DNA of 64,000 nucleotides from Eledone cirrhosa (taxonomy: Eukaryota): the NCBI GenBank assembly GCA_964016885.1, contig OZ024761.1, positions 27,466,001-27,530,000 on the forward strand, given 5' to 3'. Within the stretch, counting starts at the first letter, position 1. Every line of letters begins with the position of its first letter. Below the pieces are notes generated by a model that made no database searches, had not been told where the DNA came from, and saw only the letters and a list, made by a program, of their open reading frames with translations. A program made the position numbers and the translations under genes. Below are positions 15,296 through 29,800 of the stretch, piece after piece.

Positions 15296-15371
15296 AAAAA
15301 AAGTGTTGGAGCAGAATATTTTTAGCTAGAATACTTTCAAAATTTATTTTCTATCATTAGAATATATATAT

Positions 15372-15588
15372 ATAGGAAAATGTATGACCCCGACGGCAGA
15401 GTTCAAGCCTTTTCGACGGCTATTTCTGGACTAAATTAGAATTCTAATTTAGTCCAGAAATAGCCGTCAAAACGGATATGAGCTCTGCCGTCGGGATCAT
15501 ACATTTTCCTATTACCCACTCTACTACCCTAAGTATTGAGTACTCTGGTGCGTTATGGTCCATCTGGTTCCTTACCACACATCCTTCG

Positions 15589-15590
<2 letters not shown>
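15372..15590 (+). mobile_element. Fold-back element family A, full copy (variant subfamily)
   Basis: Inverted arms with a perfect centre TAAATTAGAATTCTAATTTA and the same tail. Flanked by (TA)n. Confidence 0.8.
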
Positions 15591-15632
<42 letters not shown>

Positions 15633-15832
15633 CCTATATCCTTCTATATATATAGAAAGAGATTGGTAAAATCCCGAAGACCCCTCCTCTCTCTCTCTCT
15701 ATATATATATATATATGTATATATATGTGTTTAGGCATGTTTAAAATAAAAATAATAATAACAAACTTAATTCACGTTCACATATATACTCAACATACAC
15801 GTACAACAGGTATCAAATTATATTATATTATA

Positions 15833-16026
15833 GGGCGGTGGATTGGCAGTATCGGTAGAGGGTCTGACGCCATGCTTTGAAGCATCGAGTTACGTCCCTT
15901 TATGATCTGAGTTCAAATCCCGCCGAGGTTGACTTTGCCTTTCATCCTTACGGGGGTCGATAAAATAAAGTACCAGTAATGTACTGGGGTAATTGCTGGC
16001 ATTGTGCCAAAAGTAGAAACAATTAT
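15833..16026 (+). mobile_element. tRNA-derived SINE (Meta-like central domain), near full length
   Basis: A-box-like TGGCAGTATCGG, B-box GAGTTCAAATCCC, core GCCTTTCATCCTTACGGGGGTCGATAAAATAAAGTACCAG, tail GTGCCAAAAGTAGAAACAATTAT. Many copies in the window. Confidence 0.85.
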
Positions 16027-16122
16027 ATTATAGTTTAGATTACACACACGCACACACGCACGCACGCACACACGCACGCACACACACACACACACATACA
16101 CACACACACACACACACACGCA

Positions 16123-16154
<32 letters not shown>

Positions 16155-16755
16155 CGCACGCACGCACACACACACTCACAGACAGAGACACACACAATAC
16201 TTGTTATTACTACACCAAGAACCACTAATCACGGAATTTTCCTCTGAAAAACCCAACTAGACATCTTATTGAGTCTACTAGCACCGTACGCTGAAATAAT
16301 CTTCGTTACAGAATACTTGTAACCTGAGCTTAGGCAACCGTGAACGATATCACGTTTACTTTGATATATATATATATATATATATATACTTTAACTTTAA
16401 TTATATCTCATAAAATAATACAACTGGTTTTTCCACATTATACATATTGTTAGCACCCCAAACACTTAAATTGGGTTTATATTTAAATATAACCTAATGT
16501 TTGTTGAGTGAGATGGTCACCAGTCAGAGTTTAGCTTTAAACTATCTCTGTTATTGTATTAAATATATATTTATATATATATATATGTCAGCTTCAGAAG
16601 ATCCCGTTAAGAGTGAAAGCAGCGATTCTTAGCTTAAACTTTAATCTGTTCTTCTAATAAATATTTGCTCTACGGGTTTATATATATATATAGAGAGAGT
16701 GACGAATAACATGGTTGACAGTACAAAACAAGGATATTTATTTATTTACAGTCTT

Positions 16756-16786
16756 AAGACTAAAATCCGAAGTGGGCTCGATAAGG

Positions 16787-16826
<40 letters not shown>

Positions 16827-16857
16827 CCTTATCGAACCCACATCGGATTTTAGTCTT
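16756..16857. repeat. 36-bp inverted repeat enclosing a (TA)n core
   Basis: AAGACTAAAATCCGAAGTGGGCTCGATAAGGATTTT-(TA)n-AAAATCCTTATCGAACCCACATCGGATTTTAGTCTT (2 mismatches). Confidence 0.85.
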
Positions 16858-16877
16858 CACATTTATTATTACTATGC

Positions 16878-16908
<31 letters not shown>

Positions 16909-17327
16909 CATACACACATACATACACACATATATGTAGATATAAAATTGGAAATATAACATAGCCCAGTTACACAATTTCCATTTAGAAACCATGAAAG
17001 GTGTACGTGGTATTCAGTAATATAACATATTACGTATGTGATCAAACTTAATTTGGCACTTTTAAAAACTCGACAACGGGTCCTGCTTTCACAACGAAAT
17101 CGATAAATACAGAAATTTAACAGGAATATAATATACATAAATTTACAAGAAAAATCAAACAACAACGTTGTAGCAAATAAAAGCCTACTCTAACAATATC
17201 AATTTTATATTATGTTGGGGTATATAATTCAACTGTATATATATAATAGAAGCCAAGAATTGCTATTGTGAATTTTATTTCATTATACACTTTCGTATTA
17301 ATCATAAGAATATTTCGAAAAGCTATG

Positions 17328-17392
<65 letters not shown>

Positions 17393-17536
17393 CCGGATGG
17401 CTGAAACAGGTAAAAGAGTAAAAGAGTAAAAGAGTGTGTGTGTATATATATATATATATGTGTGTGTATGTACGCACATACACACACATATATATGTGTA
17501 TATATATAAATCTCTCCCCATCTCTTCCTCTCCCCG

Positions 17537-17649
<113 letters not shown>

Positions 17650-17867
17650 TATACATATAAATTGCAAATGCACTATCTTCTACAATCAAATATATATCAA
17701 ATAAAATATCTGCATTTCCTTTTGGTATAATATAAAATGTGTTCGTAATGTCTTGTAAATGTATATAGCATATTACGGTTGTGTGTGTACATACACATAT
17801 GTATATAATAAATGGCGCCTTCTCTCTGTCTCTCTCTATAAATATATGTATGTATATATAAATATAC

Positions 17868-17934
<67 letters not shown>

Positions 17935-17986
17935 TATATATATATATATATGTATGTATGTATATATATATATATATATATGTATG

Positions 17987-18060
<74 letters not shown>

Positions 18061-18089
18061 CATATATATATATATATATATATGTATAC

Positions 18090-18124
<35 letters not shown>

Positions 18125-18296
18125 TATATATATATATGTATGTATGTATATATATATACGTATATATATATGCATACATATGTATGTATGTATATATATA
18201 TATGTATATATATACATATGTATGTATGTAAATATATATATATATATATATATTTATGTATATATATATATGTATATATATACATATGTATGTATG

Positions 18297-18377
<81 letters not shown>

Positions 18378-18734
18378 CAAATATAAATATATCAAATGCT
18401 TTAAATTTAAACAGTTCCAAGTTTGCCACATCAAAGGAAAGAAGTCACCGCAGCAGCCATATCTATTTTATTCTAAATGTCTTTAAATTGTGAAAAAGTA
18501 GGATAAAGGCTTATGGTTTTATTTAATAGAAATTTATTTGCAGTGTGAATATAAACCCTTCGATTTCTTTAACTGTTCTTTATCTTTTATAGAGGGATAG
18601 GGAGGACTTAGGGAGGAAATGGGGGCTGGCGGTTATGTCATTAAAATGGTGTCAGTAATGGAGCAGCTAGCAAACACCATTGACGCCATCTTTACTATCA
18701 CCAACACCGTGTGTAAGTGAGGTTCGTGTCAATA

Positions 18735-18735
18735 T

Positions 18736-18766
<31 letters not shown>

Positions 18767-19312
18767 TGTAGTAGAAGTGGTAGTGGTAGTGGTGGTGGTT
18801 GTAGTAGAAGTGGTGGTGGTGGTGGTGGTGGTGGTGGTGGTGATAGTTGTAGTAGTAGTAGTGGTGGTGGTGGTTGTAGTAGAAGTGGTGGTGGTGGCAG
18901 TGATGGGCGGTGATAGTTGCAGTAGTAGTAATGGTGGTGGTGGTTGTAGTAGAAGTGGTGGTGGTGGTGGCAGTGATGGGTGGTGATAGTTGTAGTAGTA
19001 GTAGTAGTAATGGTGGTGGTGGTTGTAGTAGAAGTGGTGGTGGTGGTGGCAGTGATGGGTGGTGATAGTTGTGGTAGTATTAGTAGTAGTAGTAGTAGTA
19101 GTAGTAGTGTTAGAGGCGGTAGTGGAAGTATTGGTGGTGGCAGTGGTAGTAGCAGTAGTAGTAGTGGTAGTAGTGGTAGTAGTGGTGGTAATGGTAGTAG
19201 TAGTGGTAGAAGTAGTAATTGTAGATATTTTAGTGGTAGTGGTGTCAGTGGTAGTGGCGATAGTGGAAGTAGTGGTGGTGGCAGTAGTAGTAGTAGTAGT
19301 GGGGGGGGGGGG
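18735..19312. repeat. (GTG)n/(GTA)n compound triplet repeat
   Basis: Direct reading. Confidence 0.9.
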
Positions 19313-19377
19313 TAATGCTTGGCAATAGACACGATATGAATAACTTTGAAGACGACCAAAATACTAATAACATTGTA

Positions 19378-19555
19378 ATAATTGTTTCTACGTTTGGTAC
19401 AAGGCCAACAATTACCTCAGTGTATAACTGGTACTTTATTTTATTGACCATGTAAAAATGAAAGGAAAAGTTAGCCTCGGTGGGATTTGAACTCAGATCA
19501 TAAAGGGCCGTAACTCTTTGCTGCAAAGCATGGCGTCCGACCCGCCACCGATACT
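19378..19555 (-). mobile_element. tRNA-derived SINE
   Basis: Reverse complement of the 15833 SINE. Confidence 0.8.
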
Positions 19556-19696
19556 ATACTAATAATTGTTTCTACGTTAGGCACAAGGCCAGCAATATAT
19601 ATAGATACATATTCACACAAATACATAGATATACACACACATGCTGTATAAATATATACACACACTGTATAGATATGAAAAGAGCATTACCTACAC

Positions 19697-19945
19697 CAGG
19701 CATGTTAGACTGAGGGTCGGCCGAGGGTCACATGGGTCACATAGGTGTTGCCTGAGGGCTACACACGACAACTAATATCTACAATTACTACTCCTACCGC
19801 TACTACTACTACCATTACCACCACTACTACCACTACTAATTATAAGAAGATGAAACATGCTCACGTTGTAAAAACCTTTGTGCGGGCTGCAGGTGTGATT
19901 GTAAAGGGCCTCATTCGGCCCGCGGTCCGCATGTCAAACATGCGC
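19697..19945. mobile_element. hAT (Charlie-like) MITE
   Basis: Termini CAGGCATGTTAGAC / GTCAAACATGCG with subterminal GGGCCNCAT/GGCCCGCGG repeats typical of hAT MITEs. Confidence 0.6.
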
Positions 19946-19952
19946 CTCTACA

Positions 19953-20226
19953 TAATTGTTTCTACTTTAGGCACAAGGCCAGCAGTTACCCAGTGCATTA
20001 CTGGTACTTTATTTTATCGACCCCGTAAGGATGAAAGGGAAAGTTAACCTCGGCGGGATTTGAACTCAGACCGTAAAGGGACGTCACTATGCTGGAAAGC
20101 ATGGTGTCTGACCCTCTACTGATACTGCCGGCCCTACACAATTGTTTCTACTTTTGGCACAAGGCCAGTAATTATCCAGTGTATTACTGGTACTTTATTT
20201 TATCGACCCCATAAGGATGAAAGGCA
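19953..20226 (-). mobile_element. tRNA-derived SINE, full copy plus adjacent partial copy
   Basis: Matches the 15833 SINE on the minus strand. Confidence 0.85.
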
Positions 20227-20329
20227 AAAATGTGAAGTTTACACATATGAATTCACAGTTTGACTAATCCTTACATTACCAATGGTTTTGTAGACATAGA
20301 CAACCATGTCTAAAATATCAGCCTTTGTC

Positions 20330-21278
20330 TATGTTGTTGTTGTTGTTGTGATTGTCATTGTTACTGCTCTTGTTGTTGTTGTTGTTGTCATTGTTGCTGT
20401 TGTTGTTGTTGTTGTTGTTGTCATTGCTGTTGTTGTTGTTGTGATTGTTACTGCTCTTGTTGTTGTTGTTGTTGTTGTCATTGTTGCTGTTGTTGTTGTG
20501 ATTGTTATTGTTGTTGTTGTCATTGTTACTGCTCTTGTTGTTGTTGTTGTTGTTGTCATTGTTGCTGTTGTTGTCATTGTTGTTGTTGTGATTGTTATTG
20601 TTACTGCCTTTGTTGTTGTTGTTGTTGTTGTTGTCATTGTTGCTGTTGTTGTTGTGATTGTTATTGTTACTGCTCTTGTCGTTGTTGTTGTTGTTGTTGT
20701 TGTTATTGTTGCTGTTGTTGTTGTTGTCACTGTTGTTGCTGTTGTCACTGTTGTTGTTGTCACTGTTGTTGCTGGTGTTGTTGTTGTCACTGTTGTTGCT
20801 GTTGTCACTGTTGTTGTTGTAACTGTTGTTGCTGGTGTTGTTGTCACTGTTGTTGCTGTTGTCACTGTTGTTGTCACTGTTGTTGCTGTTGTCACTGTTG
20901 TTGTTGACACTGTTGTTGTTGTCACTGTTGTTGCTGTTGTCACTGTTGTTGTTGTCACTGTTGTTGCTGGTGTTGTTGTTGACACTGTTGTCACTGTTGT
21001 TGTTGTCACTGTTGTTGCAGTTGTCACTGTTGTTGTTGTCACTGTTGTTGCTGTTGTCACTGTTGTTGTTGACACTGTTGTTGTTGTCACTGTTGTTGTT
21101 GACACTGTTGTTGTTGTCACTGTTGTTGCTGTTGTCACTGTTGTTGTTGACACTGTTGTTGTTGTCACTGTTGTTGCTGTTGTCACTGTTGTTGTTGTCA
21201 CTATTGTTGCTGGTGTTGTTGTTGTCACTGTTGTCACTGTTGTTGTTGTCACTGTTGTTGCAGTTGTCATTATTGTTA
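20330..21278. repeat. (GTT)n-based compound repeat (GTTGTCACT variants)
   Basis: Direct reading. Confidence 0.9.
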
Positions 21279-21358
21279 TTCAGTCGGTGGAACGTTTAAA
21301 GACAATTATAGTTTTTTTTCCATCTGAAATCGCAGTAAATATTTTATTATTTAAAAAT

Positions 21359-21525
21359 CCGTTCCCATTACTGCCACACTCAGCCCCGTTCCCATTACTG
21401 CCACACTCAGCCCCGTTCCCATTACTGCCACACTCAGCCCCGTTCCCATTACTGCCACACTCAGCTCCGTTCCCATTACTGCCACACTCAGCCCCGTTCC
21501 CATTACTGCCACACTCAGCTCCGTT
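21359..21525. repeat. 27-bp minisatellite x6
   Basis: Unit CCGTTCCCATTACTGCCACACTCAGC(C/T). Confidence 0.92.
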
Positions 21526-21642
21526 GGAGACGGCATGTATCAGTATTTATTGCCCATATATACATTACAGTATATACAGACAATCATACATACATACATA
21601 CATACATACATACATACATACATACATACATACATACATACA

Positions 21643-21676
<34 letters not shown>

Positions 21677-21678
21677 CA

Positions 21679-21714
<36 letters not shown>

Positions 21715-21738
21715 TACATATATACATACATACATACA

Positions 21739-21772
<34 letters not shown>

Positions 21773-22262
21773 CATACACATACATACATACATACATACA
21801 TACACATACCTACATACATACATACATACATACATATATACATATATACATACATATATACATACATATATACATACATACATACATACATACATACACA
21901 TACCTACATACATACATACATACATACATACATACATACATAATACATACATACATACATACACATACCTACATACATACATACATACAAACATATGCAT
22001 ACACACATACATATACATGCATACTTTAATATATGTACATGCATACATATATGCAAGCATATATATATGTATATGCATGTATGTATCTTACATACATACA
22101 TACATATATACACACACAGACATTATTACATAAATGCATATACATATATGCATATATATACAAACATACATACTTACATACAGGCATTACATTATATACA
22201 AACTTACTTATACATACTACATACACACCTACATGCATACATACACACATACACACATACAC

Positions 22263-22297
<35 letters not shown>

Positions 22298-22405
22298 TAT
22301 ATGTATCTATATATATATATGTATGTATGTATGTATGAATGCATGTATAGATTATATGTATTTATGTGTATGTAGTATGTATAAGTATGTATATAATGTA
22401 ATGCC

Positions 22406-22459
<54 letters not shown>

Positions 22460-22628
22460 TAGATTATGTATTATGTATTATTATTACATTATATTACAGT
22501 TAAGCAAGGCGATGTTCATAGTCTTTCTTTACATTTTACTTACCAATATATATCAGATTTGCCGACTTTACCTACTCACGAAACGGAAGCGAAGCTACAC
22601 ACACACACATACACACATACACTTATAC

Positions 22629-22666
<38 letters not shown>

Positions 22667-22852
22667 TCATATATATATATATATATATAAATATGAATAT
22701 ATATGAACATTGACGTGTTCATTGATGTATATAGAAAAGTTACATACACACTTACAAAGAGTTTATAAATACATATATAATCTATTTGCATATATATATA
22801 TATATAATCTATTTGTATACATATATATATAGAATAAATATATATATATATT

Positions 22853-22944
<92 letters not shown>

Positions 22945-22992
22945 CACATAAATAAATATATATATATATTTATTCTATATATATATATACAA

Positions 22993-23047
<55 letters not shown>

Positions 23048-23410
23048 ACAGAGACAGAGAGAGAGAGAGAGAGAGAGGGGGAGGGAGAGAGAGAGAGAGA
23101 GAGTGAGAGAGTGAGAGAGGGGGGTGGGAAAAAATATTTTTTTATATAATTCGTGTGAAATGGCGTGCACAAACGTAGGGCCTTATTAATGTGTACGTGA
23201 GTGTATGTACATGCGTAAAAGGTTGTCTATTTAAAAAAAAGAAAAATCTTCAGATATGGTGTGTTTTGACGTAAAGACAGCGAACGGATGTTTGTCCCGT
23301 GGCCTAAAATGGCTGATCACAGTGCCAGATTATTAGTAACAAGGATGTGACCCCACGAGGAGGTGTTCGTTTTTCGTCCATCTTTTTTAACGATTATAAA
23401 CAGCAGGACG

Positions 23411-23458
23411 ATGGAGGTGGAAGAGGAACTAAGGGAGGAGGAGGTGCCCTCTTCAGAT
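23411..23458 (+). CDS. Candidate first coding exon, MEVEEELREEEVPSSD (gene unidentified)
   Basis: ATG in ACGATGG context, open to a consensus donor GAT|GTGAGT. Lies in unique non-repetitive sequence with YY1-like AAATGGCG / AAAATGGCT motifs upstream. Confidence 0.4.
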
Positions 23459-23546
23459 GTGAGTTAGTCTGTACTCTTATCTCAGCCAGGTTAAATCTAT
23501 AATAGAACGACTCAGAGGCTATAGATGTATGTATACAGACATAACG

Positions 23547-23613
<67 letters not shown>

Positions 23614-23656
23614 TATACACACACACACACATATATATATATATATGTATATATAA

Positions 23657-23706
<50 letters not shown>

Positions 23707-23906
23707 ACACACAGATTCAAACGCACACACATGTATGTATGTGTCTGTGTATAAATCTATATGTATACATTTATATTCATATCTGTGTATATCTACACAT
23801 AAATCCATACATACACATACACACATACACACATACACACATACAAAACATATACACATATGTATATATGTGTATTTATATATTTGTATAAATATGTATA
23901 TAGGTG

Positions 23907-23997
<91 letters not shown>

Positions 23998-24195
23998 CTG
24001 TATATATGTATACCGAGAGGGGGAGGTGGGAGAGGGTTATGATGAAGATAAAAGAGGAAAATGTAAAGGATAAAAGGTAAGATAGAGAGATTGAGAAAGA
24101 ACGATCCATTGTAAATAGAAAGAATTGAGATGAATTGTGATTAATATGAATGTGTTAGTAGGTAAAGACATCCTTACTGATAAACATATATATAT

Positions 24196-24290
<95 letters not shown>

Positions 24291-24481
24291 TATATACATG
24301 CTTATGTACGCGTTTAAAGATAAACACATACACACACATATATACATATATATGTATATATATATTTATATATATATACATATATATATATGTATATATG
24401 TATACATAATTATTAATGTATGTGTGTGTGTGTGTACAAAAATATATCTGTGTAAGTGTAAACATGTAGAGTGTTTGTGTG

Positions 24482-24656
<175 letters not shown>

Positions 24657-24761
24657 GTCTATATATATATATATATATATACGTCTATATACATATATAT
24701 ATACATATATACGTCTATATATATATATCCCTTTCTCTCTCACTATATATGTATATATTTG

Positions 24762-24817
<56 letters not shown>

Positions 24818-24834
24818 CATATATATATATATAT

Positions 24835-24896
<62 letters not shown>

Positions 24897-25231
24897 CATA
24901 TATATATATATATCTGTGTAAGTGTATACATGTAGATTGAAAATTAGAGAGACAAATAGTTTGATTAATGGAGGGTGAGATAAGAAAGAAATGAATAATA
25001 AATCGATTGGTATATAGATCTACTGAGAGTTAATTCGATAGATAAATAAATGGATAGATATATAGGTAGATAGATAGACACACACGCGTGCACACACACG
25101 CACATGCACACACACACAAACATATATATATATATGAGTGTGTGTGTTGCGTCGCTCCACACTAGTATGTATATGCCTTGTGTATATATATGACTGTGAA
25201 TATAAATATATAATATATATACATATATCAA

Positions 25232-25289
<58 letters not shown>

Positions 25290-25470
25290 ATATATGTTAC
25301 ACACATACACACACACACTTATATATATATACACACACACGTATATATATAAATATATATATATACATGTGTTTACTTCTGTTTGCACTAGAGTGTGTAT
25401 ATACATTGTGTATTTACATGTGTGTATATATATATATACACACTGTGTATATATATTGTGTATATACATG

Positions 25471-25600
<130 letters not shown>

Positions 25601-25971
25601 CGGCTCGTGACGTTACCAAACTGCCATATTTAACGATTTGTTCTTCAAAAAGAACACAATGGCAATGCCAACGTGATATAAAAGATTTATCTCACCCAAT
25701 AAAAGCAGACGACACTTATGAGTTACTTATCGGAGATTTACTCTCACCTACCCACCACCCCACCTCTTTTACCACCACTTACTCCAACACACGTGTGTAT
25801 ACACTCTTACGTATGTTTGTGTGTGTGTATGTATGTATGTGTGTATGTATGTATGTATGTATGTATGTATGTGTGTGTATGCATGTATGCTTATTTTGTT
25901 TTTGCTTACATCGCTATCTCTAACTACGTTTGTATGCCCCCCTCTCTCTCTGTCTACACACACACACACTC

Positions 25972-26031
<60 letters not shown>

Positions 26032-26115
26032 ATGTCGGGAATTTTACCCGCCTTAGAATATATATATATATATATATGGATATATATTAATATGGATATA
26101 TATATATATACATAC

Positions 26116-26208
<93 letters not shown>

Positions 26209-26215
26209 GTATATA

Positions 26216-26256
<41 letters not shown>

Positions 26257-26313
26257 TTATATATATTTCGTTTCTGAATTTATTTTTCAACATGACTCTC
26301 CCAAAGCATAACA

Positions 26314-26359
<46 letters not shown>

Positions 26360-26443
26360 TATTTCCCGTTGTGTTGTAATATAACTGTTATAGAAACACG
26401 TGTCAATAAATTCCTTTCAACTAAACTGTATCCAATCAAATCT

Positions 26444-26587
<144 letters not shown>

Positions 26588-26646
26588 TTATATATATTTC
26601 GTTTCTGAATTTGTTTGGCAACATGACTCTCCCAAAGCATAACAAT

Positions 26647-26706
<60 letters not shown>

Positions 26707-26889
26707 ATGTATACATGGATAGAAGACAACAATATATATTATTTAAATCTGATCACAGCCGGCATGGACAGAGACAGGCAACACTTGTTAGAAATAGTAG
26801 CTAAATCTGTCTGCGACGAGCGGCGATTCGAGAACGGATTCATGCGTAATTACCAATTCATCAACATTCGATTACTTCCCTTTTCTCAG

Positions 26890-29800
26890 ATGCCGTGTAT
26901 TAGTAGCGAAATGTAGAGTGGCGGGGGCCGATTATGATCTTTACATCTCTTCTGACTGTCATGTCAGCCATCCTTATGACTGTATCTACATCTCTGCTGA
27001 CTGTCATGTCAGCCATCCTTATGACTGTATCTACATCTCTGCTGACTGTCATGTCAGCCATCCTTATAACTGTATCTACATCTCTGCTGACTGTCATGTC
27101 AGCCATCCTTATGACTGTATCTACATCTCTGCTGACTGTCGTGTCAGCCATCCTTATGACTGTATCTACATCTCTGCTGACTGTCGTGTCAGCCATCCTT
27201 ATGACTGTATCTACATCTCTGCTGACTGTCGTGTCAGCCATCCTTATGACTGTATCTACATCTCTGCTGACTGTCGTGTCAGCCATCCTTATGATTGTAT
27301 CTACATCTCTGCTGACTGTCATGTCAGCCATCCTTATAACTGTATCTACATCTCCGCTGACTGTCGTGTCAGCCATCCTTATGACTGTATCTACATCTCT
27401 GCTGACTGTCGTGTCAGCCATCCTTATGACTGTATCTACATCTCTGCTGACTGTCCTGTCAGCCATCCTTATGACTGTATCTACATCTCTGCTGACTGTC
27501 GTGTCAGCCATCCTTATGACTGTATCTACATCTCTGCTGACTGTCGTGTCAGCCATCCTTATGACTGTATCTACATCTCTGCTGACTGTCATGTCAGCCA
27601 TCCTTATGATTGTATCTACATCTCTGCTGACTGTCGTGTCAGCCATCCTTATGACTGTATCTACATCTCTGCTGACTGTCATGTCAGCCATCCTTATGAT
27701 TGTATCTACATCTCTGCTGACTGTCATGTCAACCATCCTTATGACTGTATCTACATCTCTGCTGACTGTCATGTCAGCCATCCTTATGATTGTATCTACA
27801 TCTCTGCTGACTGTCATGTCAGCCATCCTTATGACTGTATCTACATCTCTGCTGACTGTCGTGTCAGCCATCCTTATGACTGTATCTACATCTCTGCTGA
27901 CTGTCATGTCAGCCATCCTTATGACTGTATCTACATCTCTGCTGACTGTCGTGTCAGCCATCCTTATGATTGTATCTACATCTCTGCTGACTGTCATGTC
28001 AACCATCCTTATGACTGTATCTACATCTCTGCTGACTGTCATGTCAGCCATCCTTATGATTGTATCTACATCTCTGCTGACTGTCGTGTCAGCCATCCTT
28101 ATGACTGTATCTACATCTCTGCTGACTGTCGTGTCAGCCATCCTTATGACTGTATCTACATCTCTGCTGACTGTCGTGTCAGCCATCCTTATGACTGTAT
28201 CTACATCTCTGCTGACTGTCATGTCAGCCATCCTTATGACTGTATCTACATCTCTGCTGACTGTCGTGTCAGCCATCCTTATGACTGTATCTACATCTCT
28301 GCTGACTGTCATGTCAGCCATCCTTATGACTGTATCTACATCTCTGCTGACTGTCGTGTCAGCCATCCTTATGACTGTATCTACATCTCTGCTGACTGTC
28401 GTGTCAGCCATCCTTATGACTGTATCTACATCTCTGCTGACTGTCATGTCAGCCATCCTTATGATTGTATCTACATCTCTGCTGACTGTCATGTCAGCCA
28501 TCCTTATGACTGTATCTACATCTCTGCTGACTGTCGTGTCAGCCATCCTTATGACTGTATCTACATCTCTGCTGACTGTCATGTCAGCCATCCTTATGAC
28601 TGTATCTACATCTCTGCTGACTGTCGTGTCAGCCATCCTTATGATTGTATCTACATCTCTGCTGACTGTCATGTCAACCATCCTTATGACTGTATCTACA
28701 TCTCTGCTGACTGTCATGTCAGCCATCCTTATGACTGTATCTACATCTCTGCTGACTGTCGTGTCAACCATCCTTATGACTGTATCTACATCTCTGCTGA
28801 CTGTCGTGTCAACCATCCTTATGACTGTATCTACATCTCTGCTGACTGTCATGTCAGCCATCCTTATGACTGTATCTACATCTCTGCTGACTGTCGTGTC
28901 AACCATCCTTATGACTGTATCTACATCTCTGCTGACTGTCATGTCAGCCATCCTTATGACTGTATCTACATCTCTGCTGACTGTCATGTCAGCCATCCTT
29001 ATGACTGTATCTACATCTCTGCTGACTGTCGTGTCAACCATCCTTATGACTGTATCTACATCTCTGCTGACTGTCATGTCAGCCATCCTTATGACTGTAT
29101 CTACATCTCTGCTGACTGTCGTGTCAGCCATCCTTATGACTGTATCTACATCTCTGCTGACTGTCATGTCAGCCATCCTTATGACTGTATCTACATCTCT
29201 GCTGACTGTCGTGTCAGCCATCCTTATGATTGTATCTACATCTCTGCTGACTGTCATGTCAACCATCCTTATGACTGTATCTACATCTCTGCTGACTGTC
29301 ATGTCAGCCATCCTTATGACTGTATCTACATCTCTGCTGACTGTCGTGTCAGCCATCCTTATGACTGTATCTACATCTCTGCTGACTGTCGTGTCAGCCA
29401 TCCTTATGACTGTATCTACATCTCTGCTGACTGTCGTGTCAGCCATCCTTATGATTGTATCTACATCTCTGCTGACTGTCATGTCAGCCATCCTTATAAC
29501 TGTATCTACATCTCCGCTGACTGTCGTGTCAGCCATCCTTATGACTGTATCTACATCTCTGCTGACTGTCGTGTCAGCCATCCTTATGACTGTATCTACA
29601 TCTCTGCTGACTGTCCTGTCAGCCATCCTTATGACTGTATCTACATCTCTGCTGACTGTCGTGTCAGCCATCCTTATGACTGTATCTACATCTCTGCTGA
29701 CTGTCGTGTCAGCCATCCTTATGACTGTATCTACATCTCTGCTGACTGTCATGTCAGCCATCCTTATGATTGTATCTACATCTCTGCTGACTGTCGTGTC

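Noticed and set aside
15833-15925. tRNA gene
   Set aside because: A/B boxes belong to a multi-copy SINE head. No cloverleaf or acceptor stem.
16590-16640. CAGAAGA...GAAAGC hammerhead-like string
   Set aside because: Core mismatch and ambiguous stem I/III pairing.
21279-21323. Minus-strand mini terminal exon (GKKTIIVFKRSTD*)
   Set aside because: Weak polypyrimidine tract and no phase-compatible upstream donor identified.
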